Below are positions 24,632 to 31,581 of a stretch of DNA of 32,000 bases, one piece after another. The position numbers were made by a program, and so were the translations under genes. A model generated the notes under the pieces. The model was not told the DNA's origin. It saw nothing but the letters and a program-made list of their open reading frames with translations, and searched no databases. Origin of the DNA: Candidatus Saccharimonadota bacterium (GTDB lineage: Bacteria; Patescibacteriota; Gracilibacteria; UBA1369; 2-02-FULL-48-14). Positions within the stretch are counted from its first letter, which is position 1. The number at the start of each line of letters is the position of its first letter. The DNA is taken from contig OZ246396.1 in assembly GCA_965230905.1 (NCBI GenBank), positions 450,001-482,000 of the forward strand, written 5' to 3'.

Positions 24632-25696
24632 TTAAGCCTTTTCGTCAATCAGCTTCAAGAGTTCCGGCACCAATTCTGCTTCCGGCACGTTGACTTTGTA
24701 GAGCTCGCCTTTGTAGTAGAGGGCGCCGGCGTGTTTGCCGCCCGCGATGGCAAAATCGGATTCCTTGGCTTCACCCACAGAGTTCACCACGCAGCCCATC
24801 ACGGCGATGCGCACGGGTTTTTTGAGGTGCTTGGTCGCGGCTTCCACTTCTTTCACCATCTTTTCCAAATCGACTTCGATGCGGCCGCAGGTGGGACAGG
24901 CGATGATGTCCGGCTCTTTGCTGTAGAGGCCGAGCGCTTTGAGGATGCTTTTGCAGGTTTCCACTTCGTTTTCAATGGAGTCGGTGATGGAGGCGCGGAT
25001 GGTGTCGCCGATGCCTTGCATGAGCAACGTGCCGATGCCGAGTGCGTTTTTAACGGCGCCGGGAATCAGCATGCCGGCGTGCGTGACGCCAAGATGCAGC
25101 GGCACATCGTTGCCGGCGGCCGCGAAACGTTGGTAGGCCTCCACCATCACGGGCACGCGTTCACTTTTTATAGAAACCACAAAATTGCTGAAGCCCAAGT
25201 CTTCAACAAATTTCACCCAGCGCAAGGCCGATTCGGCGAGGGCCTCCGCCGTGGGAGCACCGTGTTTTTCCCATAAATCTTTTTCCAGGGAGCCGGCGTT
25301 CACGCCGATGCGAATGGCGGCGTTCTTTTTCTTGGCGAGGGTGATGACTTTTTCCAGATACGATTTGTCAAAAAAATTCCCGGGGTTGATGCGGATTTTG
25401 TCCGCGCCATAATCGAGCGCAGCGATGGCGAGGCGCGGATCGAAGTGAATGTCTGCCACAATGGGTACGCTGACTTTTTCTTTGATGAGTGGGATCGACT
25501 TTGCGGCTTCAAAAGTCGGCACCGCGATGCGCACAATGTCACAGCCCATGTCCTGCACGGCTAAAATCTCCTTAATCACGCCCTCGGCATCCTCGGTTTT
25601 GCCCATGGTCATGGTTTGAATCGCCACGGGGTGTTCGCTACCGACTTTCACGGTGCCAATGGTGCAGGTTCGGGTTGTACGCCTTGGAATGGACAT
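24632..25696 (-). CDS. ispG: 4-hydroxy-3-methylbut-2-en-1-yl diphosphate synthase
   Basis: RRTTRTCTIGTVKVGSEHPVAIQTMT, RINPGN, C-terminal CPTCGR...GCVVN Fe-S ligands. Confidence 0.93.
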   Translation of the reverse strand: MSIPRRTTRTCTIGTVKVGSEHPVAIQTMTMGKTEDAEGVIKEILAVQDMGCDIVRIAVPTFEAAKSIPLIKEKVSVPIVADIHFDPRLAIAALDYGADKIRINPGNFFDKSYLEKVITLAKKKNAAIRIGVNAGSLEKDLWEKHGAPTAEALAESALRWVKFVEDLGFSNFVVSIKSERVPVMVEAYQRFAAAGNDVPLHLGVTHAGMLIPGAVKNALGIGTLLMQGIGDTIRASITDSIENEVETCKSILKALGLYSKEPDIIACPTCGRIEVDLEKMVKEVEAATKHLKKPVRIAVMGCVVNSVGEAKESDFAIAGGKHAGALYYKGELYKVNVPEAELVPELLKLIDEKA

Positions 25697-25742
25697 TGTG
25701 GTTTGTCAACTTTGATGGCAGTATAACGGCTTACCCAAGCGA

Positions 25743-26543
25743 ATGACAATGGAAGCTCACAAGACTTTTGACGCCTATATTCTTGCCCACCTCAATGAGC
25801 CTTCTGTTATGGGTTTGCCTAGTTGTGGAGCCTCTTTACAATTTTCCAAGGAAGAGCGCGGATTAGCTCAACGGGGTTTGCTTTTTGAGCTTATGACTCT
25901 ACTCGGCGAAAAGGTCAAACGGCAGACATTGTTGGAGAAACAACGTGAGCTCGGTATTGGCAAGAACCACATAGCAGCCCTCAGAGATGGAAACGTTTGT
26001 GTAGATTTTTTGACCAGCACCAATGGGGGAGACATGCTGCTTGGACACGCTTTTAATGCAGTATTCGCTCCAATCATAGCTAGAGGGGGCCTCGTGAGGA
26101 GTTTTGCCGGAAATCGGGCTTTTAGTTTAGGCGCCATGACATGGATGGCTGCACAAGAACGCTACGGATTGGGATGCACTCAGTGGCTCTGGCATCTGCC
26201 TTGGCCTCGAGGTGCACCATTGAGACCTTCAATTCTTACAGAGGCAAAAAAACAATTTCAGCCGGCTATACGATTTTTTAGAGAAAATGGCAACGGAGAG
26301 GACTGGGCCCGTCAGCTAGATACTATGAATTCTCCCGATGATCAACTTGTTTTAGGTGCTCCAGCTCTTCAGGAAAGAGGTTTTCTTTCTGCCGCCCCTT
26401 TTCTCGATCATCTAGAAATGCTGGAGTACCTTGAAGCTCGTACCCCCTGGCGTTTCAGCGTGGGAAACAGTTTTGATCTTTTAGGGCCAGAACTTGCTCA
26501 TGAGTGTTTTGATGGGCTAAGAGGACGTGGCACACTGATTTGA
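25743..26543 (+). CDS. Hypothetical protein (266 aa), possible HTH segment
   Basis: ATG-initiated ORF. The segment QTLLEKQRELGIGKNHIAALRDGN looks XRE-HTH-like, but weakly. No family recognised. Confidence 0.5.
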   Translation: MTMEAHKTFDAYILAHLNEPSVMGLPSCGASLQFSKEERGLAQRGLLFELMTLLGEKVKRQTLLEKQRELGIGKNHIAALRDGNVCVDFLTSTNGGDMLLGHAFNAVFAPIIARGGLVRSFAGNRAFSLGAMTWMAAQERYGLGCTQWLWHLPWPRGAPLRPSILTEAKKQFQPAIRFFRENGNGEDWARQLDTMNSPDDQLVLGAPALQERGFLSAAPFLDHLEMLEYLEARTPWRFSVGNSFDLLGPELAHECFDGLRGRGTLI

Positions 26544-26578
26544 AGGGTGAAGGAAAAAGCCTGGAAGCTCAATGCCTG

Positions 26579-26607
26579 TTGACTTAAACCTTAAAACCTC
26601 CTAGAAT
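26579..26607 (+). promoter_or_regulatory. Candidate promoter upstream of infC
   Basis: TTGACT (26579-26584), 17-nt spacer, TAGAAT (26602-26607). It conflicts partly with the overlapping hairpin, whose left arm would lie upstream of the predicted TSS. Confidence 0.35.
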
Positions 26608-26637
26608 GCGCAAGATCTTTTAGGAGGTCTTTATTTT
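26593..26637 (+). promoter_or_regulatory. Leader hairpin / attenuator-like element upstream of infC
   Basis: ACCTCCTA (26596-26603) pairs perfectly with TAGGAGGT (26621-26628). Three further pairs (G-U, A-U, A-U) can extend it. An A-tract lies upstream and CTTTATTTT downstream. Confidence 0.45.
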
Positions 26638-26652
26638 ACTAGCTTTACAGAT

Positions 26653-27165
26653 ATAAGTAAGCAACTCCGCAAGAACGAAGAAATTAGGGCCTTAACGGTT
26701 CGTTTGATTTCTGAGGAAGAAGGCGGGCCCTCCGGCATCATGGGCATTGAAAAAGCCCGTGCGCTAGCCAAAGAGATGGGGGTGGACCTTGTAGAAGTGT
26801 CTCCAACCGTGCATCCTCCGGTCTGTCGTCTGATGGACTTCGGGAAATATCTGTACCGACAACGTAAGCAAGAACAGAAGCACAATGCCTCACAAAAGAG
26901 CCGCGAAGTGAAGGGAATTCGTCTCTCACTCCGTACCGGAGAACACGACATTGAAGTTAAGCTCAATCAAGCCAAGCGCTTCCTCAAAGAGGGTAACTCA
27001 CTCAAATTCACCTTGATTTTTAGGGGGAGAGAGGTTACACATTATGACCTAGCGCTTGAAAAAATGGTCAAGATATGCGACGCCCTCAAGGAAGTTGCCA
27101 AGATTGACCAGGAGCCTAAAAAACAGGGATACAACCTGATTATGATTCTTTCACCCCTCAAATAA
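26653..27165 (+). CDS. infC: Translation initiation factor IF-3, probable non-AUG (ATA) start
   Basis: VDLVEVSPTVHPPVCRLMDFGKYLYRQ and the rest match IF-3. The conserved N-terminal block KNEEIRALTVRLI is encoded in frame upstream of the track start (TTG at 26704). No ATG, GTG or TTG exists in that frame back to the stop at 26602. ATA at 26653 gives (M)SKQLRKNEEIR. Confidence 0.8.
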   Translation: MSKQLRKNEEIRALTVRLISEEEGGPSGIMGIEKARALAKEMGVDLVEVSPTVHPPVCRLMDFGKYLYRQRKQEQKHNASQKSREVKGIRLSLRTGEHDIEVKLNQAKRFLKEGNSLKFTLIFRGREVTHYDLALEKMVKICDALKEVAKIDQEPKKQGYNLIMILSPLK

Positions 27166-27377
27166 TGGGACGCATGGGAAAAGTTGGAAAGCAGAAAACG
27201 CACTCCGGTGCGAAGAAGCGATCGGATATTACCGGAACCGGTAAGGTCCGTATGAGTAAGGCTGCCCACCGGCACCGCCTCTCACAGAAGTCAGCTCGCC
27301 AAAAGAATTTGGGAGGTGGCAAAACCGCTATTCACAAGAGTGACGAGAAGCGATTGAACGTTATGTTGCACATCTAA
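27165..27377 (+). CDS. rpmI: 50S ribosomal protein L35
   Basis: KQKTHSGAKKR...GKV...HRH is the L35 pattern. Its ATG overlaps the infC TAA (TAATG). An alternative start lies at 27174. Confidence 0.85.
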   Translation: MGRMGKVGKQKTHSGAKKRSDITGTGKVRMSKAAHRHRLSQKSARQKNLGGGKTAIHKSDEKRLNVMLHI

Positions 27378-27447
27378 TTTCATTTATTTCGCTGGCCCAT
27401 GGCAGGTTGCCCCGCCTACGGCCGCATATTTATAACCCTTAAGTTCT

Positions 27448-27795
27448 ATGGCACGCGTCAAACGTGGTACGGTTACCCGCCGTCGTCACAATAAAATTTT
27501 GAAAGCGGCTAAAGGATACCGAGGAGTTTCTGGCCGTCTCTACACACACGCGAAGAGACGAGTCATGAAAGCGGGCATGCATGCGTATTCGCACCGTCGA
27601 CGGAAGAAACGAGATTTCCGACGTCTATGGATTGCGCGTCTCAGCGCAGCCGCTCGTGCTCACGGTATTTCTTACAGCCAGTTCATGTACAAGCTATCTC
27701 TTAAGCAAATTGCGCTCGACCGCAAAGTGCTCAGCGAAATGGCCATCCACGAACCTGCAGTCTTCGAAAAGATCGTTGCAGAAGCAAAGAAGTAA
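27448..27795 (+). CDS. rplT: 50S ribosomal protein L20
   Basis: MARVKRGTVTRRRHNKILKAAKGYRG is the canonical L20 N-terminus. Confidence 0.95.
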   Translation: MARVKRGTVTRRRHNKILKAAKGYRGVSGRLYTHAKRRVMKAGMHAYSHRRRKKRDFRRLWIARLSAAARAHGISYSQFMYKLSLKQIALDRKVLSEMAIHEPAVFEKIVAEAKK

Positions 27796-27811
27796 ATTTC
27801 TTTCAAAACTT

Positions 27812-27860
27812 AAGGCCGGTCACAGTTGCTGCATAAACCCAGCCATTCGTGATCGGTCTT
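27812..27860 (+). terminator. Long-loop hairpin after rplT
   Basis: AAGGCCGGTCAC pairs with GTGATCGGTCTT (12 bp including two G-U pairs) around a 25-nt loop, followed by TAAATTT. It is only a moderate terminator candidate. Confidence 0.35.
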
Positions 27861-27952
27861 TAAATTTGTGATGCGGCGCAGGCGGGGGGTGAGCGAGAGT
27901 GCTTTGTTTACTGGGGGGCTTTTTGCTATACTGGGCTTCCCCTTAAAACATT

Positions 27953-29227
27953 ATGAAAGCCCTGCTCCGAGATTGGGTCCTTAAAACACTGCAGTTTTTG
28001 GCGAAACGAAAGCTGCGCAAGATTCAACCGACCATCGTTGGAATCACGGGGAGTGCGGGGAAAACCAGCGCCAAAGAGGTGATTTATGAGGTTCTGAGCC
28101 GACGTTTTGAAACCAAGAAAAGCGAAAAGAATTTGAATTCACAATTTGGAACGGTTTTGACGATTTTGGATCTGAAATCGGGCTATTCTTCCGCCATGGC
28201 GTGGGGGGGAGTTCTGTTTCAGGCCCTGGTGGATACGTTCAAGAAACCGGCAAAATACGAGATTCTGGTGCTGGAAATGGGAATCGATTGTCCGGGGGAG
28301 ATGAGTCAGATTTTAGAGGTGGTGAAGCCGGATATTATGGTCTTTTTGAATGTGAAAAACGTGCATTTGGGCGAGGGGCATTTCCCAAACCGGCAGGCTA
28401 TTTTTAGCGAAAAATCCAAGGCTTGTGCGGCGGTTTCCAAAGAGGGCTGGGTGGTGCTCAACCACGACGACGCCTTTGTGAAACAGCTGGAAGACCATTT
28501 GCCTGCGCACACCGTGACCATTGGAACCGAGGAAGGCAGCGATTTGCGGGCGGTAGACGTGCGCATGGATTTGGAGGGACTGAAGTTCACTTTGCAGTAT
28601 GAAGATAAGGAAATGCCGGTGCTTTTGCCGCATGTGATGGGTAAGCAGCACGTGACCATGGTGCTTTCTGCGATTGCGGTGGGATTCATTCAAGGCATGC
28701 CGTGGAAAACGATTGACGCGGCGCTGCGAGAATACCGTTTGCCGCCGGGGCGCATGAACAAAATTGATGGGAAAAATGGCGCGCTGCTCATAGACAGTTC
28801 CTACAACGCTTCGCCGGATACCACGGCGGCGGCGCTGGAGATTTTGAGCCTGTTCCACGGACGCAAGATTGCGGCGCTGGGAACCATGAATGAACTCGGC
28901 AACCTTAGCGAAAGTGAACACATTAAGATTGGGAAGATCGCTGCCGAACATGCAGATATGCTCCTGGCGGTGGGGGACCGGGCCAAGGAATTGGCGGAGG
29001 GTGCGCAGCGCGGCGGAATGTCTGCGTCCATGATTCACACTTTTAAAAACTCCAAAGAAGCGGGACAATTTTTGAGTAATATCTTGGAGCGGCACGACAT
29101 CGTGCTGGCCAAAGGTTCGCAGAGCGGCGTGCGCATGGAACATCTCGTGAAAGCGTGTATGAAGGACCCGGCGGAAGCGCGGCATCTTTTGGTGCGGCAG
29201 GAACCTTATTGGCTGACCCACATGTAA
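27953..29227 (+). CDS. murF: UDP-N-acetylmuramoyl-tripeptide--D-alanyl-D-alanine ligase
   Basis: IVGITGSAGKTSAKE (Mur ligase P-loop), LEMG, DSSYNASPDT, GTMNELG. Confidence 0.85.
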   Translation: MKALLRDWVLKTLQFLAKRKLRKIQPTIVGITGSAGKTSAKEVIYEVLSRRFETKKSEKNLNSQFGTVLTILDLKSGYSSAMAWGGVLFQALVDTFKKPAKYEILVLEMGIDCPGEMSQILEVVKPDIMVFLNVKNVHLGEGHFPNRQAIFSEKSKACAAVSKEGWVVLNHDDAFVKQLEDHLPAHTVTIGTEEGSDLRAVDVRMDLEGLKFTLQYEDKEMPVLLPHVMGKQHVTMVLSAIAVGFIQGMPWKTIDAALREYRLPPGRMNKIDGKNGALLIDSSYNASPDTTAAALEILSLFHGRKIAALGTMNELGNLSESEHIKIGKIAAEHADMLLAVGDRAKELAEGAQRGGMSASMIHTFKNSKEAGQFLSNILERHDIVLAKGSQSGVRMEHLVKACMKDPAEARHLLVRQEPYWLTHM

Positions 29228-30055
29228 ATGCTATACGGACATTCGGCCCTTTTTGCAGATTTGAAAGCGCGCGGTGAGGCCGGCCAGCTTTCCCACGCGA
29301 ACTTGTTCGTGGGGCCAGCGCACGTGGGCAAAACCAAAATTGCGACGCTGCTCAGCGTGGGGCTGCAAGGTGCGGAGGATCAGGTGATTTTGAAGAAGCA
29401 GATCATGGAAGGCGCCAACGCGGACACGCTGCTGTTTTTAGACAACGGGGAAGGACTTTCCATCGAGGAAGTGCGCAGCATTGTGGAGCGCGCGAGCCAA
29501 AGCCACAGCTACCCGTACCTGATTTTTGTGATCGAAAATATTGGCCGAATGAAAGTGGAGGCGGCGAATGCGCTTTTGAAAACTTTGGAAGAGCCGGGCG
29601 AAGGCGTGATTTTCTTTTTGACCGCAAATGCCGAGGATGACGTGCTGCCGACCATCCGTTCTCGCTGCAGCATGACAAACTTCCAAACCGTTCCCGAAAC
29701 TGAGCTTAAACAGATGATAGATGGGCACGTTTTTGAAGAACAATTGCTGTTTTTTGCCATGGGCCGGCCTGGAAAACTGCGCCGTCTCCTGGACGAACCG
29801 GCCTATTTAGAGGCACATCAAACCATGCTGCAGGACGTTCTAAAATTCCTGGAAAACCCCAAAACGGCGAGTGTTTTTGACCTGGTGCGCAAATATGAGG
29901 GCAGCGAACTGAGGGGGGAAATGCTTGACATACTTCTCCGTCGTACGAGAACATGGCACTTGATGGAACGGGTTGAGGAGGCCAAAAGTCTGCTCAAACA
30001 AAATGTGAATTCAAAGCTGGTTCTGGAAAATCTTTTACTTTCTTTTGCACCCTAA
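29228..30055 (+). CDS. holB: DNA polymerase III delta-prime subunit
   Basis: HANLFVGPAHVGKT, EAANALLKTLEEP, LPTIRSRC. Confidence 0.75.
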   Translation: MLYGHSALFADLKARGEAGQLSHANLFVGPAHVGKTKIATLLSVGLQGAEDQVILKKQIMEGANADTLLFLDNGEGLSIEEVRSIVERASQSHSYPYLIFVIENIGRMKVEAANALLKTLEEPGEGVIFFLTANAEDDVLPTIRSRCSMTNFQTVPETELKQMIDGHVFEEQLLFFAMGRPGKLRRLLDEPAYLEAHQTMLQDVLKFLENPKTASVFDLVRKYEGSELRGEMLDILLRRTRTWHLMERVEEAKSLLKQNVNSKLVLENLLLSFAP

Positions 30056-30058
30056 ATT

Positions 30059-30841
30059 ATGTTCGCTTGGATACTGCTCATTGCTTCTGCTCTTGGACTC
30101 TTGATGGTTTTTGTGCGCCGACTCAAAATGACCCGCAAGGACCTCATGTTCCAGGAAACCCTGGTGGAGGAAATGGCGGAGGAAGCCATGGAAGAGGGGC
30201 TTGCGGAGCTTGAACAGGAGCAAACTGGGCTTCGCCCAGGGGAAGACAGCGAAGCGAAGGCAGAACTGCTGGGAACCGTGCGCAAAACTTTTTTGAAGGC
30301 CGACACGCATTTGAGTCGCAATGAATTCGAGGAAGCCTTGCCGCTGCTTTTGGCGGTGATTGAAGCGGAGCCGGATCATTTGGAAGCGCACCACAAATTG
30401 GGTCTCAGCTTTATGAAGCGGGGGGATTTCCCGCAGGCGGAACTCTATTTCTCCAAGCTCGTGAATTTGAAACAAGATCCAGTTTTCTTCAGCAACTTGG
30501 GAGCCGCGCTGTACCAACAACAACGTCTGGTGGAAGCCGCTGAGGCTTACGAAAACGCCATTGCCCTGGACGACAAGCGCGGCGAACGTCTGCAGAGCCT
30601 GGGACAGGTGTATTACGAACTCGGCGAGGACGACAAGGCCCTGCATTATTTTGAACGCGCCGCGCGCCGTAAGCCGAAAGACATCGACCTTAAATTGATT
30701 TTGGTGGATTACTACGAACGGCTCGTGCGTTTGGACGAAGCCATTGAAACGCTGGAAGGCATTTTGGAACTCGACCCATACAACGATGAAGTGAAGAAGC
30801 GTCTGCGCTTACTGAAGAAAAAAGCCGGAGAAAATGTATAG
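30059..30841 (+). CDS. Membrane-anchored TPR-repeat protein
   Basis: N-terminal TM helix (WILLIASALGLLMVFV), an acidic linker, then 3-4 TPR-like repeats (AHHKLGLSFMKRGDFPQAELYFSKLV, AAEAYENAIALD, ALHYFERAARRKP). Confidence 0.7.
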   Translation: MFAWILLIASALGLLMVFVRRLKMTRKDLMFQETLVEEMAEEAMEEGLAELEQEQTGLRPGEDSEAKAELLGTVRKTFLKADTHLSRNEFEEALPLLLAVIEAEPDHLEAHHKLGLSFMKRGDFPQAELYFSKLVNLKQDPVFFSNLGAALYQQQRLVEAAEAYENAIALDDKRGERLQSLGQVYYELGEDDKALHYFERAARRKPKDIDLKLILVDYYERLVRLDEAIETLEGILELDPYNDEVKKRLRLLKKKAGENV

Positions 30842-31279
30842 TTACTGCGGCACTTTGATCTTCTTCCTTCCTTCAGGCCAAATGGCTTGAAAATGTTTAT
30901 TATTAAAGGTTAGTAGCAAATCCACTTTTGCCTTTTCTGCAGCCTCAACTATTAGCGCATCGTAAATCATTCCACCCGTCAGTTCTGCCGCCTCCATCCC
31001 ATCCAAAACTCTTAAATAGTCTTTTGTATTTAAATCTACAAACTGAGCGTGCTTTTCCACATTTTCTATAATGAGTTTCCTGGCTATAGCTGGGGAGAGG
31101 GAGGGGCTCACAGGCAGCTTAGTCAGCACGGCAAAAAGTTCTGCCAAGGTATGATTGCTCACATAAAACTTAATTTGTTTTTTCAAAGCTTTACTGAGCC
31201 AAGGATAAGCCTGTTCATGGTGAGGATGCTTTTGTATAAAAGCCGCGATGAGTACGGACGTGTCGAACAGTACTTTCAT
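30842..31279 (-). CDS. vapC: PIN-domain toxin (VapC-like), second copy
   Basis: VLFDTSVLIAA N-terminus and YDALIVEAAEKAKVDLLLTFNNKHF. ATGA overlap with the upstream AbrB-type gene. Confidence 0.75.
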   Translation of the reverse strand: MKVLFDTSVLIAAFIQKHPHHEQAYPWLSKALKKQIKFYVSNHTLAELFAVLTKLPVSPSLSPAIARKLIIENVEKHAQFVDLNTKDYLRVLDGMEAAELTGGMIYDALIVEAAEKAKVDLLLTFNNKHFQAIWPEGRKKIKVPQ

Positions 31280-31536
31280 AGAGAAGCGCTTAAATCCTCG
31301 ATGCGGTCGACTCGGCTTCGTTCCACGGCATATTCCAAATCAAAGTCTTCCCCTTCACCTGTGTAAACCAGTACTTCGCCTTTTCTCTTCAATACTGGTT
31401 CTTGCTGAGTTGGCTCAAGGAGCAATCCCTCTTTTATTTGGATAATTCTAATAGAAGCACCATCCCCGAGCCGAAGCGCTTTTCTGAGACTTTTAGGGAT
31501 GACTACCCTTCCGAACTTATCTACTCTAGTGTTCAT
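31276..31536 (-). CDS. vapB: AbrB/SpoVT-type antitoxin (VapB-like), 86 aa
   Basis: MNTRVDKFGRVVIPKSLRKALRLGDGASIRI is the SpoVT/AbrB swapped-hairpin motif. Start placed at the ATG at 31536 (alternative 31545). The track start at 31587 is a GTG that overlaps the upstream gene. Confidence 0.75.
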   Translation of the reverse strand: MNTRVDKFGRVVIPKSLRKALRLGDGASIRIIQIKEGLLLEPTQQEPVLKRKGEVLVYTGEGEDFDLEYAVERSRVDRIEDLSASL

Positions 31537-31581
31537 AATTGCCATTATATCATGGCAATTGCCAAAAATAAATGGCAAATT
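31537..31581. promoter_or_regulatory. Nested palindromes / triple ATGGCAA(T/A)TT motif at the vapB start (operator candidate) with an extended -10
   Basis: AATTGCCAT (31537-31545)-N6-ATGGCAATT (31552-31560). TGGCAATTGCCA (31553-31564) is itself a perfect palindrome. A third copy, ATGGCAAAT, lies at 31572-31580. On the minus strand, TGATATAAT (31552-31544) sits 7 nt from the ATG. Confidence 0.5.

Noticed and set aside
26621-26628. TAGGAGGT considered as the Shine-Dalgarno sequence for infC.
   Set aside because: No in-frame start codon, canonical or near-cognate, lies 4-12 nt downstream. The ATT at 26633 is out of frame and hits a stop after 7 codons. Most genes here lack an SD. It is treated instead as the right arm of the leader hairpin.
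26631-26966. 111-aa minus-strand ORF opposite infC.
   Set aside because: It is antisense to a conserved IF-3 coding region and is Cys/Arg/Ser-rich with no motifs.
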